From Candidatus Caldatribacterium sp. (GTDB taxonomy: Bacteria; Atribacterota; Atribacteria; Atribacterales; Caldatribacteriaceae), in assembly GCF_025060675.1 (NCBI RefSeq), contig NZ_JANXBI010000036.1: a DNA stretch of 64,000 nt; one strand, given 5' to 3'. Position numbers and translations under genes: made by a program. This document shows positions 44,917 to 54,719 of the stretch, one piece after another (positions within the stretch are counted from its first letter, which is position 1; each line of letters opens with the position of its first letter). The notes beneath the pieces are model-generated. The model was given only the letters and a program-made list of their open reading frames with translations, ran no database searches and was not told the origin of the DNA.

Positions 44917-45747
44917 GTGAGGCGAGTGCGGAGGATTTTCGAGAAATTCACTCCTTCAGATTTCCGGTTTCTTGCGGAAACCCTCTGTCGAGGAGGGGAG
45001 GAAAAGGCCTTTTTGTCCCTGGTCACTCAAGACCACGATACCCTCAACGCTGTCCTCGAAAACGACCTTCTCTTTAACCGCGTTGCCCAGGATACTGGCC
45101 TTTTCGTCCAGGTGAGTCCTTACCTCTACTTTGAACTCCTGCTGCGGCGAGCCATCCGGGACATTGAGCGAGAATCGTACACCCTGGAGCGGATTGGGTA
45201 CCGTACGGTCGTTCCCGTCTTTGACGGGAAGAAGGTCCTTGAGGTCTTTGCTCGAGATGCGCTCCGGGATTACCTTGTGGAGCTCCTTGTGTCCTTCATT
45301 CGCATCAACAACATTACCGTGTACATCCGGCGGGGTCATGGTGTCTACTTCAAGAAGACCCTCTCGGACTTTGACCTTGATCTCCTTGCCGAGCTCAGCG
45401 AGCGGGTGGATGAACCGTACCGTTTCATCTTCCTCAAGCGAGCAGGGGACATTGCGCTCTTTGTGAGTGGTATCTTCCCGGAGCAGCTTTTTGGTGAGCT
45501 CCATGCCTCCTTTGCGAAGCGTACTTGGCTTCGGAACTTCAGAGGAAGAGGCGAAGAGCTTGAAGAACGAGGTATTGCCCTCTACCGGAAGGCGAGTGAA
45601 AGCGCCGTAGCGAAAGAATACCAGCTTGATACGCTCCTTTCGTACATTGCCGAGAACTTCCGCTTCACGAAGAAACCCTTGAACGTTATGACCGACCGGT
45701 ACCTGACTTTCCGCAAGTACAACATTTTCGAGGCCCTTTTCAACTGA
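44917..45747 (+). CDS. Hypothetical cytoplasmic protein
   Basis: 276 aa, with a GTG start 3 nt after the preceding stop. It is helical and charged, and I recognised no family. Confidence 0.45.
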   Translation: MRRVRRIFEKFTPSDFRFLAETLCRGGEEKAFLSLVTQDHDTLNAVLENDLLFNRVAQDTGLFVQVSPYLYFELLLRRAIRDIERESYTLERIGYRTVVPVFDGKKVLEVFARDALRDYLVELLVSFIRINNITVYIRRGHGVYFKKTLSDFDLDLLAELSERVDEPYRFIFLKRAGDIALFVSGIFPEQLFGELHASFAKRTWLRNFRGRGEELEERGIALYRKASESAVAKEYQLDTLLSYIAENFRFTKKPLNVMTDRYLTFRKYNIFEALFN

Positions 45748-45749
45748 AG

Positions 45750-47003
45750 CTACAGACTCCAGCGTCCCCCGATTTTCCGAAAGAGCGGCGAAATCGTCTC
45801 GTTCTTCAAAAAGGCCATCTCAGGGAAGACCTCAAGCGCCCTGGGGAAGAGGCCGTGGAGGTACGCAATGAGGACACCGTAGTTCGTTATCGGGACCCCT
45901 ACCCGGGAAGCTTCCCCAATGCGGAAGAGCATCTCCTTGGGGTTAATCATACATCCTCCGCAGTGGATGATGAGCTTGTAGTCCCAAAGAGGCACAGAGA
46001 GGGAAGGGCCAGCGATGACCTCACAGTGCACCTCAAAACCCAAGTATTGCCTGAGCCATCGGGGGATTTTCACCCGCCCAATGTCATCGGGGAGCGGGTG
46101 GTGCGTGCAAGCCTCAAGAATGAGAATCCGGTCTCCTGGTTTGAGGTGCTCAACCGCTTTCACCCCTGCGACAAATGTCTGCAAATCCCCTTTGTGACGG
46201 GCAAAGAGGATGGAGAAACTCGTTATGGGGACCGATGGAGGTACCGCCCCAGCGACTTTGTGGAAGACTTGGGAGTCGGTGACCACAAGACGAGGTGGGT
46301 TTTTCAAGCGTTCCAGAGCTTCGCTGAGCTCTCGTTCCTTCACCACAAGGCTCATGGCATCGGCATCGAGAATCTCCCGGATGGTCTGCACCTGGGGGAG
46401 GATGAGACGCCCTTTTGGAGCTCCCAGGTCTATGGGAACGACAAGGACAACGAGGTCTCCTGGGTGGAGGAGGTCTCGGATGAGCGGTTTTTCCTGGATG
46501 CCTCTTTGGAGGAGATGGATGAGGGTGGTTTTCAGCTCAAGGATTCCCTGGCCAGTTTTGGCGCTCGTCGGGAAAACGGGGATGTTGAAGTCTTCAGGGA
46601 GAGAAGGGGGTTCGTGCGTTTCGTCGATTTTGTTGGCGACGCCAAGCACAAGGACACCTCGTTCTCGAAGAAGAGCGAGGATTTCCCGTTCCAGGGAAAA
46701 GTCTGTCCTTCCGTCGAAGACAAGGAGAGCCACGTCACAACGTCGGAGAATCTCCAGGGATTTCTGCTTGCGGAGCTCCCCCAGGAACCCCTCATCGTCG
46801 AGCCCTGCGGTATCAATGAGCACCACTGGCCCAAAGGGTAGAAGTTCAATGGGCTTGAAAACAGGGTCGGTGGTCGTCCCAGGGACGTCGGAGACAATAG
46901 CCACCTCCTGCCCCACCAGAGCGTTGATGAGGGAGGATTTCCCCACGTTCCGCCGCCCAAATATGCCGATGTGTGGTCGGAGACTACGAGGTGTTCCCTG
47001 CAT
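45750..47003 (-). CDS. hydF: [FeFe]-hydrogenase maturation GTPase HydF
   Basis: MQGTPRSLRPHIGIFGRRNVGKSSLINAL, DVPGTTTD and DTAG. The C-terminal Fe-S ligands follow the CxH...HCxxC pattern (EACTHH...IIHCGGCMIN). The track ORF begins 60 nt further upstream, at 47063. Confidence 0.85.
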   Translation of the reverse strand: MQGTPRSLRPHIGIFGRRNVGKSSLINALVGQEVAIVSDVPGTTTDPVFKPIELLPFGPVVLIDTAGLDDEGFLGELRKQKSLEILRRCDVALLVFDGRTDFSLEREILALLRERGVLVLGVANKIDETHEPPSLPEDFNIPVFPTSAKTGQGILELKTTLIHLLQRGIQEKPLIRDLLHPGDLVVLVVPIDLGAPKGRLILPQVQTIREILDADAMSLVVKERELSEALERLKNPPRLVVTDSQVFHKVAGAVPPSVPITSFSILFARHKGDLQTFVAGVKAVEHLKPGDRILILEACTHHPLPDDIGRVKIPRWLRQYLGFEVHCEVIAGPSLSVPLWDYKLIIHCGGCMINPKEMLFRIGEASRVGVPITNYGVLIAYLHGLFPRALEVFPEMAFLKNETISPLFRKIGGRWSL

Positions 47004-48414
47004 CGCCTTTTCTGATTTTCCCAAGACCAGGTATTCCTGGTTTTGATAACTCGGTAGGGTCAAGAATTATTTCCAGCTCCTCTTGCGTGAAAAGCCCTTT
47101 CTCAAGGAGGACTTCTCGGAGATCCTTCCCTGTTTTGAGGCACTCTTTAACAAGCTCTGAAGTGACCTCATGCCCCAGATATGGCACAAGACACGTGGCG
47201 AACGCAAAGCTCTTCTCAAGGAGTTCCCGACACCGTGTGGTGTCTGCCTGGATGGAGGGAATGTAGCGCTCGGCAAGAACGGTACAGGCGATGCGGAGCT
47301 CTTCAATCATGGTGAGGAGGAAATAGGCAACGAAAGGCAAGAGGTGGTTGAGCTCAAGTTGCCCGCTTGAGGCGGCAAAGGAGAGTGCAAGGTCTTTCCC
47401 AAAAACGTCAAGGGCAATGCCTTCAACGTACTCGCAAAGTACCGGATTCACCTTTCCGGGCATAATGGAGGAGCCCTCTTGCAAAGGTGGAAGGAGGATT
47501 TCCCCAATACCTGCCCGTGGACCCATGGCAAGGAGTCGGAGGTCGTTGGTCATTTTCCTGAGGTTGACCGCTAAGGCTCGAAGGAGTCCCGAGACCTCGG
47601 CAAAGACATCAAGGTTTTGAGTGTTCTCGAAAGTGTTCATGGCTTTTGCCACCGGAAGGCGGGTGACCTCGTTGAGGTAAGCTATGGCTCGGGCAATGTA
47701 GCGGGGATGGGCGTTGAGACCGGTACCTACTGCTGTTCCTCCCAAGTTCACCTCTTTGAGCCGTTCTTTCACCTTCCAGAGTCGCCAGCGGTCCCGCCCT
47801 ATAGCCTCGGCCCAGGCACCAAATTCCATCCCCAGCGTCACTGGGACAGCGTCTTGGAGTTCCGTGCGACCAACTTTGAGGACGGAGGCGAATTCCTTCT
47901 CCTTCTTCTGGAGGGCGTCTTGGAGCTTGACGATTGCCATCTCAAGGTCAGCCAGTTCCCATAGAGCCGCTACCCGGAGTGCGGTGGGGAAAACGTCATT
48001 TGTGGACTGGCTGAGATTGACCGTATCAAAGGGATTGACCACATCGTAGCGGCCTTTGTCGTATCCAAGGATTTCCAGGGCACGGTTCGCGATGACCTCG
48101 TTCACGTTCATGTTGAGGGAGGTGCCTGCTCCTCCCTGGAAGAGGGGAACGATGATTTCGTCGTTCCATTTCCCCTCCATACCCTCTTCGCAGGCGCGAA
48201 GGATGGCTGAGGCTATCGGTTCCTCAAGGAGACCAATGTCCCGGTTTGCCGCCGCACAGGCCCATTTGACGGCAAAGAATGCCCGGATAAGGGAAGAGGG
48301 CACGGGGACCGGGAGGGGGAAATTCTCCCGGGCCCGTGCCGCGTGGATGCCAAAGTAGCGGTCCTCGGGAACGTCGAGTTCCCCGAGAAAATCCCTTTCT
48401 CGTCGCATCGCCAT
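46984..48414 (-). CDS. aspA: Aspartate ammonia-lyase (fumarase/aspartase superfamily)
   Basis: RERDFLGELDVPEDRYFGIHAARA..., TNDVFPT, GSSIMPGKVNP (SS-loop signature) and QLELN. The start ATG at 48414 overlaps the purH stop (TGATG). Aspartase versus class II fumarase was judged only from N-terminal and SS-loop similarity. Confidence 0.8.
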   Translation of the reverse strand: MAMRRERDFLGELDVPEDRYFGIHAARARENFPLPVPVPSSLIRAFFAVKWACAAANRDIGLLEEPIASAILRACEEGMEGKWNDEIIVPLFQGGAGTSLNMNVNEVIANRALEILGYDKGRYDVVNPFDTVNLSQSTNDVFPTALRVAALWELADLEMAIVKLQDALQKKEKEFASVLKVGRTELQDAVPVTLGMEFGAWAEAIGRDRWRLWKVKERLKEVNLGGTAVGTGLNAHPRYIARAIAYLNEVTRLPVAKAMNTFENTQNLDVFAEVSGLLRALAVNLRKMTNDLRLLAMGPRAGIGEILLPPLQEGSSIMPGKVNPVLCEYVEGIALDVFGKDLALSFAASSGQLELNHLLPFVAYFLLTMIEELRIACTVLAERYIPSIQADTTRCRELLEKSFAFATCLVPYLGHEVTSELVKECLKTGKDLREVLLEKGLFTQEELEIILDPTELSKPGIPGLGKIRKGDAGNTS

Positions 48415-49964
48415 CAGTGTCGGAAGTGCCGCATCCCCGTAAAGACCATGGCAATCCCCAGACGGTTGCAAGCGGCGATAGAATCAGCATCGCGGATTGA
48501 GCCACCAGGCTGGATTATGGCCCGAATACCTGCTTTTCCCGCCTCTTCTACGACGTCGCTAAAGGGGAAGAAGGCGTCTGAAGCGAGCACGGCGCCTTTT
48601 TCCCTTCCCTGGGCTTTCGCTATGGCTATCCGCAGGGCATCGATGCGGCTCATCTGCCCTGCGCCAATGCCAACCGTTCTTTCTCCCTTCGCAAGGACAA
48701 TGGCGTTTGATTTCACGTACTTGGCAACGGTAAAGGCAAAGACAAGGTCGTTGAGCTCTGCAGCGGTGGGTTTTTCCTCGGTCACAAACTGGAGTGCTTC
48801 GTTCCGGAAGAGTTCAGTGTCGTTGTCCTGGAGAAGGAAACCGCCATCGATTTTTTTCAGGTCAAAGCGTGGGGGAGGAAGGAGGGGTGCAGCAAGGATG
48901 CGAAGGTTCTTACGTTTCCTGAGGAGTTCTAAGGCCTCTGGTTCGTAAGAGGGAGCGATGAAGACCTCAAGGAAGAGGTTGCCAAAGACCGCAACGCTTT
49001 CTTTTGTGACCGTTCGGTTCATGGCCACAATTCCACCGAAAGCCGAAACTGGGTCAGACTCCAAGGCACCCCTGGCTGCCTCGGCAAGGTCCTTGTGCAT
49101 GGCAGCACCACAGGGGTTGTTGTGCTTTACGATGACCACCGCAGGGTCTTTGAACTCCCGAACAAGGCTATATGCTGCTTGAACATCGTAGAGGTTATTG
49201 AAGGAAAGCTCTTTTCCTTCGGCAAGCACCTCAAGGTGTTTGAAAAAGCCATCACCGTCCAGAGCAAGGTCCTCGTAGAGAGCGCCTCGCTGGTGGGGAT
49301 TTTCGCCGTAACGGAGATCCGTTGTCTTTTTAAGGTGGATGGCAAGGTATCGAGGGAAGGTCTCTTGCGTCCAAACGGTGTCGAGGTATGTAGCGATGGA
49401 GCTATCGTATCGGGAAGTTCGGGCAAAGGCTTCAAGAGCCCAGAGGAAAGACTTTTCTTCAGGGAAGCCGCCGTTACGTTTGAGCTCCTCAAGGAGTTCG
49501 CCGTACTGCGTGGGAGAGGAAACGACCACGACGTACTTCCAGTTTTTTGCCGCTGCCCGGAGGAGGGTCACACCCCCAATGTCGATTTCCTCAACGAGCA
49601 CCTCGAGGTTCTTTTCACCCTCGGCGATTTTCCTCTCAAAGGGGTAGAGGTTACACACCACAAGGTCGATTAAGGGGATGCCATGTTTTTTGAGGTCCTC
49701 CACGTCTTCGGGTTTGTCCCGGCGGGCAAGGATGCCGCCAGCAATGACTGGGTGAAGGGTTTTTACTCTACCCCCGAGGATTTCCGGAAATCCTGTAACT
49801 TCGGCAACCTCCCGTACCGGGATGCCAAGGTCCCGAATGTACCGTGCCGTTCCTCCTGTTGAGAGCAGCTGTACCCCCAGCTCGTGGAGGCCACGAGCGA
49901 GGTCTCCGAGGCCGGTTTTATCCGAGACGCTGAGGAGTGCGGCGCGAATTGGGATCATTTCCAT
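48414..49964 (-). CDS. purH: Bifunctional AICAR transformylase / IMP cyclohydrolase
   Basis: ALLSVSDKTGL, GGRVKTLHP, VVCNLYPF, VKHNNPCG and IQPGGSIRD. Confidence 0.95.
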   Translation of the reverse strand: MEMIPIRAALLSVSDKTGLGDLARGLHELGVQLLSTGGTARYIRDLGIPVREVAEVTGFPEILGGRVKTLHPVIAGGILARRDKPEDVEDLKKHGIPLIDLVVCNLYPFERKIAEGEKNLEVLVEEIDIGGVTLLRAAAKNWKYVVVVSSPTQYGELLEELKRNGGFPEEKSFLWALEAFARTSRYDSSIATYLDTVWTQETFPRYLAIHLKKTTDLRYGENPHQRGALYEDLALDGDGFFKHLEVLAEGKELSFNNLYDVQAAYSLVREFKDPAVVIVKHNNPCGAAMHKDLAEAARGALESDPVSAFGGIVAMNRTVTKESVAVFGNLFLEVFIAPSYEPEALELLRKRKNLRILAAPLLPPPRFDLKKIDGGFLLQDNDTELFRNEALQFVTEEKPTAAELNDLVFAFTVAKYVKSNAIVLAKGERTVGIGAGQMSRIDALRIAIAKAQGREKGAVLASDAFFPFSDVVEEAGKAGIRAIIQPGGSIRDADSIAACNRLGIAMVFTGMRHFRH

Positions 49965-50021
49965 CCCTCCTCATTCCTTTCCTCCATTGTACCCAAGGAC
50001 AGGGGTCCTGAGAAGGAGATG

Positions 50022-50030
50022 TGATACAAT
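50022..50030 (+). promoter_or_regulatory. Candidate extended -10 promoter element for rbsK-mgtC-hisS-aspS
   Basis: TGATACAAT (TGn + TACAAT) lies 35 nt upstream of the rbsK ATG. The -35 element is poor. Confidence 0.4.
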
Positions 50031-50064
50031 ACCCAGGGGTTTTTAAGCGGGGCGAAAGAGGTGG

Positions 50065-51027
50065 ATGCTTGTGGGGAGAGCGAAAGTTCTTGTTATCGGA
50101 AGCCTCAACATGGACATGGTTTTGAAGGTTGAGCGGATGCCTGAGGTTGGAGAGAACCTCTTCGTTCGAGAGTTCTCCATGTTCCCGGGTGGAAAGGGCA
50201 ATAATCAAGCGATAGCCTGTGCCCGTCTTGGGGCAATCGTGAGCATGATTGGGAAGGTGGGAGACGACGACTTTGGGGCGAGACTCCTTTTGAATCTTGA
50301 ACAGGAGAACGTGGATTACGCTTTCGTAACGAAACAACCCCTCACCCACACGGGCCTTGCCTTTATCTTCATCGACGAGCGCGGGGAAAACCGGATTCTC
50401 GTTGCTCCCGGAGCGAATATGAAGCTCTCTGTTCGGGATATCGAGAACGCTATGGAGCTCTTTAAGTCGTGCGATTTCCTCCTCCTTCAACTGGAAATTC
50501 CCCATGAGGTGGTCCATCGGGCAATTGAGGTGGCCCACCGCTTTGGCATGACGGTGATTCTCAATCCTGCACCGGCGCAGGAGTTCCCTATTGAGGTTTT
50601 GACGGCCAATGATATAATGACTCCAAACAAGTACGAAGCGGAAGTCTTGAGCGGGATTTCCATTACCCATCGTGATGATGCGGTGCGAGCGCTCCGGGTG
50701 CTTCGGAAACGCTCCCGGGCCCGTACGGTTATCACCCTTGGAGAGCAAGGGGCTATAGCGACTCTTGGGGATGAGCGCTGCGTGTACCTGCCACCTCGGA
50801 AAGTCCCCGTTGAAGACACCACCGCCGCCGGCGATGCTTTCAACGCGGGGCTTCTTGTGGGGATTGCCCAGGGTCGGAGCTTCCTTGATGCCCTGAAGCT
50901 TGCCAACACCGCAGGGGCCATTGCCTGCACCAAAGTTGGTGCCCAGAGCGCTTTGCCCTACATGCGTGACCTGGAGCGTTTCATCGCCGAACACGGGGAA
51001 GGAGAAGTGGAGTTTCTCGATGCTTGA
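50065..51027 (+). CDS. rbsK: Ribokinase (PfkB family)
   Basis: VIGSLNMDMV, GGKGNNQA and DTTAAGDAFNAG (the PfkB anion-hole motif). Confidence 0.85.
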   Translation: MLVGRAKVLVIGSLNMDMVLKVERMPEVGENLFVREFSMFPGGKGNNQAIACARLGAIVSMIGKVGDDDFGARLLLNLEQENVDYAFVTKQPLTHTGLAFIFIDERGENRILVAPGANMKLSVRDIENAMELFKSCDFLLLQLEIPHEVVHRAIEVAHRFGMTVILNPAPAQEFPIEVLTANDIMTPNKYEAEVLSGISITHRDDAVRALRVLRKRSRARTVITLGEQGAIATLGDERCVYLPPRKVPVEDTTAAGDAFNAGLLVGIAQGRSFLDALKLANTAGAIACTKVGAQSALPYMRDLERFIAEHGEGEVEFLDA

Positions 51028-51655
51028 GGTGACGATACTGCTCCGGCTTGTCGCTGCCTTTGTGGCAGGAGGGGTCATTGGCTGGCAGAGGGAACGGGCG
51101 GAGAAACCTGCTGGGCTGAGGACACACATTCTCGTCTGTCTTGGTTCGGCGCTCATGACTATGGTTTCGGTGTTCTTTTTCGCCTCGGACCCTGCCCGCA
51201 TTACGGCGCAGATTGTGAGTGGCATCGGGTTCCTTGGAGCAGGGACGATTTTCCGTTACGGTGCAACCGTCGCTGGTCTCACGACTGCGGCAAGTCTCTG
51301 GGCCACCTGTGGGGTGGGTATCGCCATGGGTGTGGGGATGTTCTTCTTGGGGTTTGCTGGGGTCGGCTTCATTCTCCTTGTCCTCTGGTTGTTGGAGTAC
51401 TTTGAGGGGCATTTCCTGCGGACCAAGGGTGGGCATGCTCTTGAGCTTCTCCTTGAGGACGAACCGGGAGCCCTTGGCAGAGTGGGTCTCGCCCTTGGGG
51501 AGCTTGGGGTGAACATCGATGCTGCTCGGTTGCGGAAGGAGGAGGGAAAGACTCGGTGTGTGCTCTTTGTGCATGTCCCAAAGCCAAGGAATATCATAGA
51601 CATAGCTTCTGCCTTGCGAAAACTCGACGTGGTGCACGACCTTGAGATTCGGTGA
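51020..51655 (+). CDS. mgtC: MgtC/SapB family membrane protein with C-terminal ACT-like domain
   Basis: LRLVAAFVAGGVIGWQRE...AGLRTHILVCLGSA...ITAQIVSGIGFLGAG. The ATG at 51020 overlaps the 3' end of rbsK. Confidence 0.8.
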   Translation: MLEVTILLRLVAAFVAGGVIGWQRERAEKPAGLRTHILVCLGSALMTMVSVFFFASDPARITAQIVSGIGFLGAGTIFRYGATVAGLTTAASLWATCGVGIAMGVGMFFLGFAGVGFILLVLWLLEYFEGHFLRTKGGHALELLLEDEPGALGRVGLALGELGVNIDAARLRKEEGKTRCVLFVHVPKPRNIIDIASALRKLDVVHDLEIR

Positions 51656-52941
51656 GGAGAGGATGGTCTGGAGTGGAGGGCATCAAGGCACCGCGAGGAA
51701 CACGGGATATTTTAGGTGAAGAGGTGCTCCTTTGGCAGCACTTAGAGGACGTGGTGCGCAAGATAGCGCTCCTTTTCGGATACGAGGAGGTCCGCACGCC
51801 TATTTTTGAGCACACTGAGCTCTTCACCCGAGGGGTGGGAGAGGAAACGGACATCGTGCAAAAGGAGATGTACACCTTCACCGATAAGGGCGGACGGAGC
51901 CTTACCTTGCGTCCAGAGGGTACGGCACCGGTGGTGCGGGCGTACTTGGAACATGGGTTTCCTGTGCATGAACCGCGGGTGAAGTGGTACTACATCGGTC
52001 CGATGTTCCGGTACGAACGTCCTCAGGCGGGGCGCATGCGGCAATTCCACCAGTTTGGTTTTGAAGCTTTGGGCTTTGGTGAACCGGCATGTGATGCAGA
52101 GGTCATCCAGCTTGCCTGGACAATTTACCAGGAACTTGGTCTCTCTGACCTCTCTCTTGAGGTGAATAGCATCGGTTGCCCCCTTTGCAAGCCGCAGTAC
52201 GTTGCTAAACTCCGCGAGTACCTTATGCCTCGCAGGGAGAGGCTCTGTGTAAACTGCCTGCGGCGTCTTGAGAGCAATCCTTTGCGAGTTTTGGACTGCA
52301 AAGTGGAGCGTTGCCAAGAGGTTTTTAGTGAGGAGGGTTTTCCTCGAATTCACGATTCACTCTGTACTCTGTGCCGCGAGCACGAGGAGACGCTCTTTAC
52401 CCTCCTTGAGGACCTTCGTATCCCTTTTGTTGTCAATCACCGCCTCGTCCGAGGGCTTGACTACTATACTCGCACGGTCTTTGAGGTCAAAGTGCGACAC
52501 CTCGGGGCGCAGGACGCCATAGGTGGCGGGGGGAGGTATGATGGTCTTGCCCAAGCCATCGGAGGGCCCGATATTCCTGGGGTTGGTTTTGCGGCGGGGA
52601 TGGAACGCATCGTTCTCCTCCTTGGGAGAGAAGCAAAGCCCACGTTGCCTTTCCGAGTGTACCTTGCACCCCAGGATGCACCTGCTGAGAGGGTGCTCCT
52701 CTCCTTGAGCCGAGAGCTTGCTGCCCAGGGTATTCCCTTTCACCTTGATTTTGCCACAAAAAGCCTCAAATACCACCTGAAACATGCTCAGAGGATGCAT
52801 GTCCGATTCGTGGTGATTGTTGGCGAGAGGGAGCGAGAAGCAGGGGTTTTCGCCCTTAAGGATCTCACCTCGGGAGAGCAGGTCTCCCTCTCCCTGACAG
52901 AGCTTGTGGCGCGGCTGCGAAAGGAGCGGGAGCTATGCTGA
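51652..52941 (+). CDS. hisS: Histidyl-tRNA synthetase
   Basis: [23 protein letters not shown] (motif 2), GGGRYD (motif 3) and an anticodon-binding C-terminus. The start is either GTG at 51652 or, perhaps more likely, GTG at 51673. Confidence 0.9.
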   Translation: MRRGWSGVEGIKAPRGTRDILGEEVLLWQHLEDVVRKIALLFGYEEVRTPIFEHTELFTRGVGEETDIVQKEMYTFTDKGGRSLTLRPEGTAPVVRAYLEHGFPVHEPRVKWYYIGPMFRYERPQAGRMRQFHQFGFEALGFGEPACDAEVIQLAWTIYQELGLSDLSLEVNSIGCPLCKPQYVAKLREYLMPRRERLCVNCLRRLESNPLRVLDCKVERCQEVFSEEGFPRIHDSLCTLCREHEETLFTLLEDLRIPFVVNHRLVRGLDYYTRTVFEVKVRHLGAQDAIGGGGRYDGLAQAIGGPDIPGVGFAAGMERIVLLLGREAKPTLPFRVYLAPQDAPAERVLLSLSRELAAQGIPFHLDFATKSLKYHLKHAQRMHVRFVVIVGEREREAGVFALKDLTSGEQVSLSLTELVARLRKERELC

Positions 52942-54677
52942 GGACGCACACCTGTGGGGAGCTTCGGAAAACCGACGCGGGAAAGGAAGTCGTTCTTGCT
53001 GGATGGGTGCATCGTGTCCGGGACCATGGAGGCATTGTGTTCTTTGACCTTCGGGATAGGTGGGGTATCACGCAAGTGGTGGTGGACTCAAAGCATGCCC
53101 AAGCTTACGCACTTGCCTCTTTGCTCCGACCTGAGTACGTGGTGCAAGTGCAGGGAGTGGTGATGGAACGCCCTGAGGGGCTTGTGAATCCCCGTTTGGC
53201 CACTGGAGACATTGAGGTGCACGCGGTCTCCTTGACCATTCTCTCTCCTTCGGAGCTTCCCCCCTTTGAAATCGAGGGGAAAAAGGAGGTGGACGAATCC
53301 CTCCGTCTCCGGTATCGGTATCTCGACCTGCGACGTCGTAAAATGCAGGAGAACCTCCTCTTACGTCACCGGGCGGCTCAGGTCATTCGCCGCTTCCTCG
53401 ACTCCCGTGGTTTCATAGAGGTGGAAACGCCTTTCCTCACGAAGAGTACTCCCGAGGGTGCCCGAGACTTCCTCGTGCCGAGCCGCCTCAACCCTGGATC
53501 GTTTTATGCCCTTCCTCAGTCACCGCAGCTTTTCAAGCAAATCCTCATGATTGCTGGGTTTGACCGCTATTTCCAGATTGTTCGCTGTTTCCGCGACGAG
53601 GATCTTCGGGCCGACCGGCAACCTGAATTCACCCAGGTGGACATCGAGATGTCTTTCGTGGATCGAGAGGATATCCTCTCCCTTGTGGAGGAGCTCATGC
53701 AGGTTCTCTTTCATGAGGTCCTTGGGGTGTCCATCTCTGTCCCCTTCCCTCGCCTTTCTTACGAGGAGGCCATGAAGCGGTACGGAACGGACAAACCTGA
53801 CCTTCGTTTTGGCTTGCCGATTGAGGACCTCACCCCCCTTTTCTTGGAAGAAGGGAAGGAGCTCTTTTCAGGGTCGGTCGCCGTCCGAGGTCTCTTTGTC
53901 CCGGGGGACCACGGGTTCTCCCGGAAGCAGCTCGATGCTTTTGCCGGGGAGGCAAGGGAGAGGCACCTTGCCCTCTCTTGGATTCGGAAAAGCCAGGGAG
54001 AGTTTACCTCACCTCTCAAAGGGAAGGTTTCTGAACCCCTTTTCCAGCGCCTCGTGGCCCAATATCCTTTTGGAGAGGGGTCGGTGCTCTTCGTCCTTTG
54101 GGGGAAAGAGGAGACACTCCAAGAGTTCCTTGGCGAGCTTCGGGTGCGTATCGGGAGAGGTTTTCCGGAAAAAGAGCGTTTTGCCTTCACATGGGTCTTG
54201 GATTTCCCCCTCCTTGAGTGGAGTAAGGAGGAGAACCGTTGGGTTTCTGTCCATCATCCTTTCACTGCGCCCTTTGACGAGGATATCCCCCTCCTCAGCA
54301 CCGATCCGGGGAAGGTCAGGGCCAAGGCCTATGACCTTGTCCTCAACGGTTACGAGGTTGGGGGAGGGAGTATTCGGATTCACCGCCGAGACCTCCAAGA
54401 ACAGGTGTTTGCCCTTCTGCGCCTGAGCGAGGAGGAAGTCCGGGAGAAATTTGGCTTTTTCGTTGAGGCGCTTCAGTTTGGTTGTCCTCCTCATGGTGGC
54501 ATTGCTCTGGGTTTTGACCGGCTGGTGATGCTCCTCTGCGGCGAGGATTCGATTCGAGAGGTCATCGCCTTCCCGAAGACGCAAAAGGGTGTATGCCTTC
54601 TCACCGGAGCCCCCGCTCCGGTTACAAAGGAGCAGCTTGATGTCCTTGGGATTACCCTTGCGAAGGGGCAAAAGTAG
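52935..54677 (+). CDS. aspS: Aspartyl-tRNA synthetase (bacterial type, with GAD insertion)
   Basis: [32 protein letters not shown], the bacterial insertion domain and GGGSIRIH...[13 protein letters not shown]. Confidence 0.95.
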   Translation: MLRTHTCGELRKTDAGKEVVLAGWVHRVRDHGGIVFFDLRDRWGITQVVVDSKHAQAYALASLLRPEYVVQVQGVVMERPEGLVNPRLATGDIEVHAVSLTILSPSELPPFEIEGKKEVDESLRLRYRYLDLRRRKMQENLLLRHRAAQVIRRFLDSRGFIEVETPFLTKSTPEGARDFLVPSRLNPGSFYALPQSPQLFKQILMIAGFDRYFQIVRCFRDEDLRADRQPEFTQVDIEMSFVDREDILSLVEELMQVLFHEVLGVSISVPFPRLSYEEAMKRYGTDKPDLRFGLPIEDLTPLFLEEGKELFSGSVAVRGLFVPGDHGFSRKQLDAFAGEARERHLALSWIRKSQGEFTSPLKGKVSEPLFQRLVAQYPFGEGSVLFVLWGKEETLQEFLGELRVRIGRGFPEKERFAFTWVLDFPLLEWSKEENRWVSVHHPFTAPFDEDIPLLSTDPGKVRAKAYDLVLNGYEVGGGSIRIHRRDLQEQVFALLRLSEEEVREKFGFFVEALQFGCPPHGGIALGFDRLVMLLCGEDSIREVIAFPKTQKGVCLLTGAPAPVTKEQLDVLGITLAKGQK

Positions 54678-54683
54678 CTGTCA

Positions 54684-54712
54684 TTGCAAAAGGGGACGGC
54701 TTGTGCTATTAT
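54684..54712 (+). promoter_or_regulatory. Strong sigma-70-type promoter (near-consensus, with extended -10)
   Basis: TTGCAA (54684-54689), a 17-nt spacer, then TGcTATTAT (54704-54712). Confidence 0.6.
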
Positions 54713-54719
54713 CTTCTCT

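Noticed and set aside
49918-51225. A 435-aa minus-strand ORF opposite rbsK and mgtC.
   Set aside because: It is antisense to ribokinase and MgtC, both of which have clear family motifs. It also crosses the purH/rbsK promoter region.
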